DNA from: Holosporales bacterium
GTDB taxonomy: Bacteria > Pseudomonadota > Alphaproteobacteria > RUG11792
DNA length: 55,690 nt
Assembly (NCBI GenBank): GCA_031266385.1
Contig: JAISBC010000045.1
Span: 1-55,690 of the forward strand
Reading direction: 5' to 3'
Each line of letters starts with the position of its first letter. Positions within the stretch are counted from its first letter, which is position 1. Shown piece after piece: positions 18,720 to 27,436 of the stretch. Position numbers and translations under genes: made by a program. Below the pieces are notes generated by a model, which was not told where the DNA came from, searched no databases, and saw only the letters and a program-made list of their open reading frames with translations.

Positions 18720-19517
18720 GTTTCGATTTTTAAAACACTTATAACTGCATACTCTTTTACCACATTTTCGAAATATGCAACAGCGCCCTTAATAGGACTC
18801 TCATATGAAACATAATCATTATTATCATTATTTCAGAAATACTCATTCTCATAGGTTTGTTCCTATTCTTTTTGTAACAGCTTTCTACTGCAAACTCTTT
18901 AATTCTTGCTTTAGATATCTTGCAAAAATCATCAACATAAGTGAAAATCTCAGTTAGCGGGATTATGTAAGTATCTTATGTGTTCCGCTGCTGTTTTTCT
19001 GCAGTTTTCCACGATCCTTACGCGAAACCGAGGATGGTATAGAATTGGCAAGCCGGCTTTTCCTTGGCTTGCTCCTCTTCGTGAAATGTATCATCAATCG
19101 AATACGTCAATTGCTCAAATCACATAGGTTTTTTCGAATCATTTTTCTGCAAAAAGAAAGACACGATTGCCAATTCTTTTTGATGCCTCGTTAAAAAGAC
19201 CACATCCTTAGTCACTGGAATTTCTCTACGACATCCTGGACGACGGTACTAAATCTACTGCTCATGTTGCTACGTTTGGATTTCGGGCTTACGTCTCCCT
19301 TGCTAACTTCCCCTGATTTACACCAACAACTCATGCAGCCTCTTATTTAGTTCCTGTCCGTTACCGCCAATCCATCTCACACCTTAATCTTGGGGGTGGT
19401 AATGGTTCGCTCCAAAAACGCCCGCTACTGATGTCAAATTTTGTGACAAAAAAATGTGCAACGAAACATCAAACACTTCATTATAAATTAAAACTAAATA
19501 TCCCACAAAGCATACTT

Positions 19518-19904
19518 TTAGTAAGTCCTTCGTGTTAGAAGTGTTGAAAATCTGGTGAGATCATTGCGTTTTGGGTAGCAAACGATCTCGAGAGATATTG
19601 TCTGAGTTTCCCTATCAATTTTAACGTCCGTAATCTCCAGATCATCTAGCCTCGGTTCAAAATGTAAGATTGCCCTGCGACACAGAGATCCGAATGCATT
19701 CAGATCTTCTGAGGCCGTATTGATCGATTCCAGATCCTTGGTTCCATACGAAAATGGCGATTCCTCGATGGGGAGAGTCGGATCCAGGCGGCAGGACAAA
19801 ATATTTTCAATTTCTGATATAATCGACTGGACGAAATCTCTATCCGATTTAAAATAAATCGAAGTCTCAGTAAATTTATCCAAAAATAAACGATCTCTCT
19901 TCAA
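19518..19904 (-). CDS. tssE: gp25-like baseplate wedge protein (TssE / contractile injection system family)
   Basis: 128 aa. SIISEIENILSCR...FGSLCRRAILHFEPRLDDLEITDVKIDRETQTISLEIVC shows the GPW_gp25/TssE hallmarks: conserved N-terminal helix, EPRL motif, and a terminal beta pair. The start lies 1 nt after the dnaJ stop. Confidence 0.65.
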   Translation of the reverse strand: MKRDRLFLDKFTETSIYFKSDRDFVQSIISEIENILSCRLDPTLPIEESPFSYGTKDLESINTASEDLNAFGSLCRRAILHFEPRLDDLEITDVKIDRETQTISLEIVCYPKRNDLTRFSTLLTRRTY

Positions 19905-19905
19905 T

Positions 19906-21048
19906 TTAACCTATCCAATCCTTCAATTTTTTAAGGAATTCTGAGGATTTCGGATGATTCTTCTGATCATCCTTCTCTCCGTCGAATTTCTGGAGGATTT
20001 CTCGTTGCCGTTTGGAGAGGGCAACCGGAGTCTCCAGGATGACCTCGACGAAAAAGTCCCCTTTCCTGGAGGAGTTTAGGATCGGCATCCCCTTCCCCTT
20101 GATTTTGAATTTCGTCCCCGTCTGAGTTCCGATTGGAATCTTGACGACATTATCGTTGCCATCGAGATCCGGGACCTTAATCTCACCTCCCAAAGCCGCC
20201 GTCGTGAAGGAAATAGGGACCGTGCAGCACAGATCATTATCCCGCCTGGTCAACACATTATGCGGGCGACTCGTGACGACGACGAACAGGCTCCCGGCTG
20301 GAGCCCCCTTGAATCCGGCCTCTCCCTCGCCGAGAATCCGAATCTGCCCTCCCGATGTTATGCCCGGAGGGATAGTGATCTCAAGATTCTTCTCGCCTCT
20401 GATCCGGCCGCTGCCCGAGCATTTCTTACAGGGATCGGCTAGGACGCTACCACTTCCTCCGCACGTCTGACAGGGCTTTTCGATCGTGATAAATCCCTGA
20501 TTATATCGCATACTTCCACGACCACCGCAGGTCGGGCATGGGGCAGGTTTCTTGCTGCCCTCGCTCCCGGATCCCCCGCATACGGAGCATCGAACTAAAG
20601 TCGAAAAACGGAGCTTTGCCGTGCCGCCTCGGTAAGCCTCCTCCAAAGAGATGGATAAGTCATACCGGATATCAGATCCTGGTTGAGTCGTCCTCTGGTC
20701 GGGCTGTTCCCCATATCCAAAAGCTCCCCCGAACATTTCCTCAAAAATTTCACTAAAGTTCGGGAATCCATCGGTAAAATTGAAGCCTCCGGAATGACCT
20801 CCGGATGATCCATAGCCTCCTCCCTGAAAGGCATCACTACCATATCGGTCGTATGCGGCTCGCTTCTGATCATCCCTCAAAACATCATATGCCTCGTTTA
20901 TTTCTTTGAATTTTTCTTCGGCCGATTTGTCTCCCTGATTCTTATCGGGATGATATTTTACGGCGAGCTTCCGGTAGGCCTTTTTCAGGTCATCCTGAGA
21001 GGCGGTTTTAGGAACGCCTAATGTAGCATAATAATCCTTCTGAGCCAT
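19906..21048 (-). CDS. dnaJ: molecular chaperone DnaJ
   Basis: J-domain with HPDKN, G/F-rich linker, four CxxCxGxG zinc motifs ([32 protein letters not shown]). Confidence 0.97.
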   Translation of the reverse strand: MAQKDYYATLGVPKTASQDDLKKAYRKLAVKYHPDKNQGDKSAEEKFKEINEAYDVLRDDQKRAAYDRYGSDAFQGGGYGSSGGHSGGFNFTDGFPNFSEIFEEMFGGAFGYGEQPDQRTTQPGSDIRYDLSISLEEAYRGGTAKLRFSTLVRCSVCGGSGSEGSKKPAPCPTCGGRGSMRYNQGFITIEKPCQTCGGSGSVLADPCKKCSGSGRIRGEKNLEITIPPGITSGGQIRILGEGEAGFKGAPAGSLFVVVTSRPHNVLTRRDNDLCCTVPISFTTAALGGEIKVPDLDGNDNVVKIPIGTQTGTKFKIKGKGMPILNSSRKGDFFVEVILETPVALSKRQREILQKFDGEKDDQKNHPKSSEFLKKLKDWIG

Positions 21049-21380
21049 ATATATCTCCCGTTTTAAAAACCAGGGTCACTTTCTTTTTTGCAGTCCATCC
21101 CTAGAAAATAGCAAAACTAAGCCCCGATTTCCATTGATTTGGTTTTGAAGATTCGGTTTTCCCCAAAGATTACAGAATTAGAGTTTTTGAGAAGACCGAC
21201 TCTGGAAGGCTGGCTGGGGATGGGATTGTTCAACGCCGGAGTATTATTGTCATTTGGTCTCAAGGGCTGGAAAAAAATCCTCCACTTCTAAGACATTGTA
21301 TAATATGAAATAAGGTGAGTGCTGATTTGTCAGTTCCCTGTAGCTGAAAACTCTCGAATCGATAATGGATATCAGGCTCA

Positions 21381-21404
21381 GAGCATCCAGTAGAAGGGAT
21401 GCTC
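21381..21404 (-). terminator. stem-loop downstream of the Hcp-like gene (possible terminator)
   Basis: GAGCATCC-agtagaag-GGATGCTC, an 8-bp perfect stem 45 nt past the stop at 21449. No U-tract follows, so function is uncertain. Confidence 0.3.
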
Positions 21405-21448
21405 TACTTCGTATCTATGTCCATAAAAATTGTGAGTTGTCTCTGAAT

Positions 21449-22126
21449 CTATGATTGTTTCTTATTATGCGGTGCTTCCAGATCGAATATTGTTTTCTGT
21501 TGAACACCCTTTTTATTTCCGTTCGCTTGATCAATCGCCGCACTTTCCACCTCTATTTGATTGTACACAACCGATACCCCTGCCACATGAGCAGAAGTGA
21601 CAAAATCTATTGCGGTTAATTTCGCTTCTTTCAGGATTATTGTTGTGGTAATCACAGATTTGACCTCGTCCGAATTTGCTCCTGTTCCGGATAACCTGTA
21701 TATTGTTATGTCTTTTAACGTACCACCATGCCCTATGAAGCGAAATATGGAATACAGTTCAGGATGTTGTCTGAAGCCTATATAGAACTGAGAAGCCGTG
21801 AGCCATCCTGGCTTGATCAAATCGGCAACGGGATGATCGTATACGTTAGCTATGAGAGCTCCTGAGATGGAGTATACCACAAAACCTCCTGAAATTTGTT
21901 CGCCTTCAACATCAAAGTTGACTTTAGAATCTGTGTCAGTGATTTTGGCAACTATAGGATGCACGCTCGATTGACTGCCATCCAATCTTACCTGTCTATC
22001 AACGCCAAGGGTAAAGTTTGTTATTGGTGGCAGGAAGGAGCCACCTGACACCTGGTCAGCTGATTGATGAAAATAACTATTTTGAGACGGCACTAGAGTG
22101 TTTCTCTTCTTTTGTCGATTGCTCAT
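21449..22126 (-). CDS. Hcp-like tube protein (T6SS / contractile injection system), with N-terminal extension
   Basis: 225 aa. The C-terminal ~150 aa resemble the Hcp pattern as I remember the family: GTLKDITIYRLSGTGANSDEVKSVITTTIILKEAKLTAIDFV...VSVVYNQIEVESAAIDQANGNKKGVQQKTIFDL (alternating beta strands, x-I-x-L-x-E-A-x-L-x-x-I, then V-x-Y-x-x-I-x-V-E, then a Gly/Lys loop). Not verified by profile search. Confidence 0.5.
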   Translation of the reverse strand: MSNRQKKRNTLVPSQNSYFHQSADQVSGGSFLPPITNFTLGVDRQVRLDGSQSSVHPIVAKITDTDSKVNFDVEGEQISGGFVVYSISGALIANVYDHPVADLIKPGWLTASQFYIGFRQHPELYSIFRFIGHGGTLKDITIYRLSGTGANSDEVKSVITTTIILKEAKLTAIDFVTSAHVAGVSVVYNQIEVESAAIDQANGNKKGVQQKTIFDLEAPHNKKQS

Positions 22127-22433
22127 TAAATATAAGCCGTAAGTGTTAAAAAAGGCTTAATCTGGGCTGCATCTTAATTATCTAAAAAATTCATAAAATA
22201 CTTGGTAATAAAATTGCGTCACATACTTCTAATGTATTGCCGTCGATGTGGTGAATAGCAGCGGATACGTGCCTCTGGGGAGCCGAATAATATTAAATAT
22301 TGTGTTTTGATGAAAAATCAACTATACTGCGAATTATGTGAATTTTTTCAACCATTTGGATATTGCGACTGTGAACTTATAACACTTTTATGGTGTACCA
22401 TGTCGTGGTTCCGCTGGCTTGTTTTTAATTTTG

Positions 22434-23423
22434 ATGGGTGAGTCTAGCCATATGGAAGTTTCAAGAGCGTTCAATGCCATATCAAAATGTTTTACCCTCC
22501 TCGAGAAGTACGTTACTTTTCGTATTCCTTTCGCGATTATTTCCGATTCTCATGATGTACTTTTTAAGTCATCGCGTTTCTGTAATTTAGAAAAATCTCG
22601 CGTAATAAGCGAGAATTCTCTTCTAGACTTAATACCCGAGACGCGAAATAGCTATATCTGTGAATCATCGGATACGACCTATCAGAAGATCGCCACAACG
22701 AAGGATGGAATTGATCTTTTTTGTCTAACGATTGGATCGGCCGGTGATAGCCGCGGAAAAACCCTCTGTGCTCTCCCTAAATTTTATCACGATTCTCAGG
22801 AGCCACTCAGAAATATTTCTAATTTTCTCCAATTAATCAAACTGCAATTATCATCTGATTGTGACAAAGACGTTATGAATTATATAGATTTTTCGCTCGA
22901 AAATGTTGAAACCTTGAGTAATTGGCACAAAAAATTTCTTGATGAATCGATCGGTATGTCTAACCGTATATTCAAGATTCACGATGCCGTCGATCATATT
23001 CGGAGATTAATCAGCTCGCAGATTTCTCGTAGGGGATGTGTCATTCGCTGTGATACTGATATTCCTCCCGTAAATGGCGAATACCTCGAGATTCTTCGAG
23101 TCTTCAAGAATTTGATTGAAAATTCTATAAAACACGCTAATTCTGACGAACTCATCATCAGTATATCCGGCGGCGAAGTATCAGACCGTTTCGTTCGCAT
23201 CATTTTCAGGGATAATGGATCGAGCCTCTCGAAGAAGGATCAGGACAAGATCTGTTCAATTTTAAATGGAAAAACGAGGAGTTTTGGGCTCGAAATATGT
23301 CGCGATATTCTCCTCGATAATGATGGAACAATTAAACTTTTAGAGGATAGTAATGGTTGCTCATACGAAATAATTCTACCGATTGGGATACAACAAAACG
23401 ATGAGGTTAGTTATGAAGGGTAA
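22434..23423 (+). CDS. soluble sensor histidine kinase (PAS-like N-domain, HisKA, HATPase_c)
   Basis: H-box FYHDSQEPLRNISNFLQLI, N-box FKNLIENSIKHA, G1 FRDNGSS, G2 SFGLEICRDIL. No TM segment. First ATG at 22434 (the track uses TTG 22419). Confidence 0.75.
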   Translation: MGESSHMEVSRAFNAISKCFTLLEKYVTFRIPFAIISDSHDVLFKSSRFCNLEKSRVISENSLLDLIPETRNSYICESSDTTYQKIATTKDGIDLFCLTIGSAGDSRGKTLCALPKFYHDSQEPLRNISNFLQLIKLQLSSDCDKDVMNYIDFSLENVETLSNWHKKFLDESIGMSNRIFKIHDAVDHIRRLISSQISRRGCVIRCDTDIPPVNGEYLEILRVFKNLIENSIKHANSDELIISISGGEVSDRFVRIIFRDNGSSLSKKDQDKICSILNGKTRSFGLEICRDILLDNDGTIKLLEDSNGCSYEIILPIGIQQNDEVSYEG

Positions 23424-24144
23424 TATCGCCAACAATTCAGTCTCCATCGAGAAGATCATAGGTAGACACCTAAGAGAAAAACGCCTTAAAAGAGGATTCA
23501 CTTTGGCTGAAGTCGCCTCAAAGATCGGCCTTTCATATCAACAAATTCAGAAATACGAACAGGCGATCAGCAAGATATCCGCCGGTGCCTTGTATAGGTT
23601 ATCGGTTCTATATGGCGTTGGTGTTGAAAAGTTTTTCGATGGATTGGACGGGATGAGTTTAAGTCCATCTGGAACAACGGTTAGTATCTTCGAGAACTCC
23701 GTCGGGAAGAAGATCATCAATCTGCTGTTGGTCGAAGATAATCCGGGAGATGAAACGATAACTCGGAGAGCCTTAAATTCTTTTGGTAATCTTAATATCC
23801 TCTGTGTTCATGATGGTGATCAGATTCTGGAAGTTCTGCGATACAAGACGCTGTGTCCGGATTTTCCTCGACCAGATCTTATTTTTCTCGATATCTATAT
23901 TCCACGTCGAGATGGTATTGCCGTCCTCAAAGAAATTAAAAGAGATCGCGAGATTCAGGATATTCCGGTTATTATTCTGACGAACAATACGAGAACGGAC
24001 CTGATGGCCGAGGCCTATAAAAACGGAGCATCAGGGTATATTTGCAAATCGTTTGATTTTGCGACGTTCAGAGATAACCTTACCGATTGTATCAAATATT
24101 GGTCGAGTGCTGTCATATTGCCATCCGTAGCGAGAAGCCTTTAG
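23401..24144 (+). CDS. response regulator with N-terminal XRE-type HTH and C-terminal receiver domain
   Basis: HTH_3-like IIGRHLREKRLKRGFTLAEVASKIGLSYQQIQKYEQAISKIS. Receiver: LLLVEDNPGD, phospho-Asp in DLIFLDIYIPRRDG, VIILTNN, YICKSF. Overlaps the kinase 3' end. Possible starts at 23383 (TTG), 23401 or 23413 (ATG). Confidence 0.75.
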   Translation: MRLVMKGNIANNSVSIEKIIGRHLREKRLKRGFTLAEVASKIGLSYQQIQKYEQAISKISAGALYRLSVLYGVGVEKFFDGLDGMSLSPSGTTVSIFENSVGKKIINLLLVEDNPGDETITRRALNSFGNLNILCVHDGDQILEVLRYKTLCPDFPRPDLIFLDIYIPRRDGIAVLKEIKRDREIQDIPVIILTNNTRTDLMAEAYKNGASGYICKSFDFATFRDNLTDCIKYWSSAVILPSVARSL

Positions 24145-24167
24145 CAATATACGGGTCAGTGGGTTGG

Positions 24168-24254
24168 TGGTGCCCGGAAGAAGACTCGAACTTCCACGAG
24201 GTTACCCTCTCACGCACCTGAAGCGTGCGCGTCTACCAATTTCGCCATCCGGGC
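24168..24254 (-). tRNA. tRNA-Leu (anticodon CAG)
   Basis: Reverse complement reads GCCCGGATGGCGAAATTGGTAGACGCGCACGCTTCAGGTGCGTGAGAGGGTAACCTCGTGGAAGTTCGAGTCTTCTTCCGGGCACCA. Anticodon stem CACGC/GCGTG, loop TTCAGGT, long variable arm, encoded CCA. Confidence 0.9.
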
Positions 24255-24286
24255 AGAGATTAGTTGTAATTCTTCAAGATCATACC

Positions 24287-24328
24287 ATAACTACAAACCA
24301 TTTTTTTAAAAAAGGTAGTTGTAGTTAT
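24287..24328. repeat. 42-nt AT-rich imperfect palindrome
   Basis: ATAACTACAAACC-ATTTTTTTAAAAAA-GGTAGTTGTAGTTAT. The arms pair over 13 bp with a 2-nt bulge, and the centre T7/A6 is itself self-complementary. Confidence 0.6.
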
Positions 24329-24334
24329 AATATG

Positions 24335-24350
24335 TGATTCACGTGGAAAC
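24335..24350. promoter_or_regulatory. parS-like site
   Basis: TGATTCACGTGGAAAC. Shares the CACGTGGAA core with the two sites below; 12/16 to the TGTTTCACGTGAAACA consensus. Confidence 0.4.
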
Positions 24351-24417
24351 TGGTTTCATCCATTGAATATGGTGTTAATTAGGCATGGTAAAATGTTGTT
24401 GGTAAAACTTGATCGAA

Positions 24418-24426
24418 TGTGGATAA
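24418..24426. promoter_or_regulatory. perfect DnaA-box 9-mer
   Basis: TGTGGATAA is the reverse complement of TTATCCACA. It lies in the 307-nt tRNA-Leu/gatC intergenic region. Only one perfect copy was seen there. Confidence 0.3.
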
Positions 24427-24562
24427 CTATCGGTATGTGAGTATTTCTGTGATCAAAGATGAGTGTATAATATCAGAATTAACAACTTTTTGAGACTTGT
24501 GTCTGGATATATCAGGTGCTACCATGAGCTCCTCTCGTTAAGGTGTTCGAATTGAGGGATTC

Positions 24563-24850
24563 GTGATTGGTGACAAAGATCTGGATAAGGTGTGTAAATT
24601 AGCAAAAATAGAGATTAGTGATGATAATCGAGATGAGTTTTTGAATAAACTGAATTCAATTTTTGATTGGATAAATCAATTGCGTGAGATTGATGTATCT
24701 AGTATCGATGATTCTGGATTATTGGCGGAGAATTCAGATTTTTTGGAGAGATCTGATGATCGGTCGTTGACGGGCTCCAGGGAGACTCTGATGAAGAATA
24801 CAAAGTTTCAGAAGTTTGGTATGTTTTGTGTTCCGAAGGTTGTCGATTGA
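24563..24850 (+). CDS. gatC: Asp-tRNA(Asn)/Glu-tRNA(Gln) amidotransferase subunit C
   Basis: 95 aa; DLDKVCKLAKIEISDDNRDEFLNKLNSIFDWINQLREIDV is the GatC pattern. GTG start. Confidence 0.85.
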   Translation: MIGDKDLDKVCKLAKIEISDDNRDEFLNKLNSIFDWINQLREIDVSSIDDSGLLAENSDFLERSDDRSLTGSRETLMKNTKFQKFGMFCVPKVVD

Positions 24851-24859
24851 GGATAGATT

Positions 24860-26764
24860 ATGCGATTAATTATAATCTCTGAGAGTGGCTCAGATGGCTA
24901 TGGAATTGATGATGGTGCGTCGGCGTTTGATTTGGCCGTAAAGTTAGGTTGCAAGAAGAGCGCTATCGCCGCCGAAATTAACGGAATTAAATCAGATCTC
25001 TCTACAAAACTTAAAGAAAATGATTCAGTATTGTTTATAAATTATTCAGATTGTGATGGTCTGTCGATATTGAGGCACAGTACTGCCCATGTTTTGGCGA
25101 AGGCGTTATTGGAAATTGATGAGACATCCAAGTTGGCGATTGGGCCCGCGATAAGTGATGGGTTTTATTATGATGTTTTAAGTACTCGGATTTTTTCGAC
25201 TGATGATCTCGAGATGATAGAAGGTAAAATGCGTCACGTGATCGATTCTAAGTTAAAATTTGAGAAGTCGATGATGAAAAAATCAGATGCAATTAAGTTG
25301 TTTGAGGCGATGGGGCAGGATTTTAAAGTAGAGTTAATTGATGGTATTGCCGATGAATTTGTTGGGATTTATAGATTAGGTGATTTTGTTGATTTGTGTA
25401 GAGGTCCTCACGTTCCGAGTACGTCTTATATTTCGGTGGATGCGCTGAAACTGACGTCGGTAGCCGGGGCTTATTGGCGAGGAGATAGTTCGAAGGCGGT
25501 TTTACAACGGATTTATGGAACGGCGTTTCCAACTCGCCGGGAGATGGAGTCTCATTTCGTATTTTTATCGGATGCCAAGGCGAGGGATCACAGAAAGATT
25601 GGTCAGGAATTGGAAATATTTCACATAGATGATCATGCTCCGGGTAATATTTTTTGGCTAAAAAATGGGACGATTCTATTTAATCTCGTAAAAAACAAGG
25701 TAGCTGCGATTGCTGAGAAGTATGGCTATTTTTTTGTGCAGACTCCGCAATTATTGGATAAGTCTTTGTGGGAGATTTCCGGACACTGGGAAAAATTTAG
25801 AGAAAATATGTATGTAGTCAATGATGACTGCGATAATACGACGATGGCGATAAAGCCGATGAATTGTCCGGGTCACATCATAGTTTACAAAAATGGGCCA
25901 GTGAAAAGCTACAGGGATTTACCGATTAGGATGGCAGAGTTTGGATTATGCCACAGAAATGAGCCATCTGGATCTCTTCACGGCCTCATGAGGATTAGGG
26001 CTTTTATGCAGGATGATGGTCATGTTTTTTGCTCTTCCGATCAGATCGGGACTGAAACGCAGAATTTTTGCGATGCTTTGCAGGAATTGTATAATGTTTT
26101 TGGTTTTACCGATATTGTCGTCAAATTTTCGGATCGTCCAGAGAAGAGGGCTGGATCAGATGAAGTTTGGGATATTGCTGAGAAATCACTCAAAGATGCC
26201 GCTGATGCTGCTGGGTTGGATTATACGGTAAATCGCGGAGAGGGGGCATTTTATGGGCCGAAGTTGGAGTTTGTTCTAAAGGATAGTCTCGGAAGAGAGT
26301 GGCAATGTGGTACCTTACAAGTGGACTTTGTTTTGCCGACTAGATTTAACACTTATTACATAGATCGAAATGGAAAAAAGCAGACTCCAGTTATGTTGCA
26401 TAGAGCAATCGTCGGTTCGTTGGAAAGATTCATAGGTATTTTGATAGAGCACTATGCCGGTAAATTTCCGTTTTGGCTTGCTCCGGTTCAGATTGTTATT
26501 GCGAGCGTAACGGATGAGTCAGCTGAGTATGCGAAAGATGTTTTTACTAGATTGAGGGATCATGGTTTTAGAGTGATTCTGGATATAGAGAATGAAAAGA
26601 TCACATATAAAATCAGGGAGCATTTTGTGCAGAAGGTTCCGTTTATTGTTGTTGTTGGGAAAAACGAAGCGCAAAACGAGACTGTGAGTGTGCGTGCATT
26701 AGGATCGGATGATACGAAGGAAGTGAGTGTTCTTGATATGTTTTCGTATTTTAGCGTAATGTGA
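24860..26764 (+). CDS. thrS: threonine--tRNA ligase
   Basis: TGS domain, editing-domain HSTAHVLA, class II motifs (FRENMY..., RDLPIRMAEFGLCHRNEPSGSLHGLMRIRAFMQDDGH, GAFYGPKLEF), and a C-terminal anticodon-binding domain. Confidence 0.97.
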   Translation: MRLIIISESGSDGYGIDDGASAFDLAVKLGCKKSAIAAEINGIKSDLSTKLKENDSVLFINYSDCDGLSILRHSTAHVLAKALLEIDETSKLAIGPAISDGFYYDVLSTRIFSTDDLEMIEGKMRHVIDSKLKFEKSMMKKSDAIKLFEAMGQDFKVELIDGIADEFVGIYRLGDFVDLCRGPHVPSTSYISVDALKLTSVAGAYWRGDSSKAVLQRIYGTAFPTRREMESHFVFLSDAKARDHRKIGQELEIFHIDDHAPGNIFWLKNGTILFNLVKNKVAAIAEKYGYFFVQTPQLLDKSLWEISGHWEKFRENMYVVNDDCDNTTMAIKPMNCPGHIIVYKNGPVKSYRDLPIRMAEFGLCHRNEPSGSLHGLMRIRAFMQDDGHVFCSSDQIGTETQNFCDALQELYNVFGFTDIVVKFSDRPEKRAGSDEVWDIAEKSLKDAADAAGLDYTVNRGEGAFYGPKLEFVLKDSLGREWQCGTLQVDFVLPTRFNTYYIDRNGKKQTPVMLHRAIVGSLERFIGILIEHYAGKFPFWLAPVQIVIASVTDESAEYAKDVFTRLRDHGFRVILDIENEKITYKIREHFVQKVPFIVVVGKNEAQNETVSVRALGSDDTKEVSVLDMFSYFSVM

Positions 26765-26770
26765 GTTATT

Positions 26771-27436
26771 ATGAAAATTGGTGGCCTTTTGAAATTTTCT
26801 GTTCTAGATTATCCTGGCAAGTTGTCATGTGTTGTCTTTTGCCAAGGATGTTTTCTTAGATGTACTTATTGCCACAATCCAGAGTTTCAGCCCTGCGAGG
26901 CGAGCGCTGGCGTCGATTTTCAGGAGTTTTTGGATTTTTTAAAATCGCGTTCTGGATGTCTTGATGCTGTTGTATTTAGCGGTGGGGAGCCGTTATTGCA
27001 AACTGACTTGATTCAGGTTATTGAGATCGTGAAAGAGCTTGGTTTTTTTGTTGGGATTCACACTTCTGGTGTTGTCCCAAATATGTTCAAGAAGGTAGTA
27101 TCTTTAGTAGACTGGATTGGTTTTGACATTAAAACTGTATTTCGCAAGTATGATATTGTTACTCAGTTTCAAGGCTCTGGTTTACTTGTAAAAATAGGCC
27201 TAGAGATTCTGTTGAATTCTGGTGTTAGCTATGAGATTAGGACAACGTATGATTCGAGATTTATTTCTCAAGAAGACGTTCTTAAAGTCGCAGAGATATT
27301 GCAAAAATTAGGCGTGCGAGAGTGGACGATCCAGGAGTGTGTAATTCGCGATACTGATGAAGCGTTGTTACTACCGGACAAAAATGTAGTAGAAGAGGCA
27401 TCCAAGTTAGTTAGAGTTAACTTAAGACATCAATGA
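26771..27436 (+). CDS. radical SAM activase of the NrdG2 (anaerobic RNR-activating protein-like) type
   Basis: FSVLDYPGKLSCVVFCQGCFLRCTYCHNPE (CxxxCxxC), VVFSGGEPLLQ, HTSG, DWIGFDIK, YEIRTT. I recognise this pattern as the TIGR02495-type family. Confidence 0.7.
   Translation: MKIGGLLKFSVLDYPGKLSCVVFCQGCFLRCTYCHNPEFQPCEASAGVDFQEFLDFLKSRSGCLDAVVFSGGEPLLQTDLIQVIEIVKELGFFVGIHTSGVVPNMFKKVVSLVDWIGFDIKTVFRKYDIVTQFQGSGLLVKIGLEILLNSGVSYEIRTTYDSRFISQEDVLKVAEILQKLGVREWTIQECVIRDTDEALLLPDKNVVEEASKLVRVNLRHQ

Noticed and set aside
21049-21448. CIRCE or sigma32 heat-shock control element upstream of dnaJ
   Set aside because: Only a half-site-like GAGTGCTGA is present, without the inverted partner. No CTTGAAA...CCCCAT-type promoter was recognisable.
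24418-24426. Calling a definite oriC from the DnaA box
   Set aside because: Only one perfect box was found. A given 9-mer is expected about 0.4 times by chance in this window, and the other candidates in the spacer have 3 mismatches. It is kept only as supporting evidence in the parS/origin finding.
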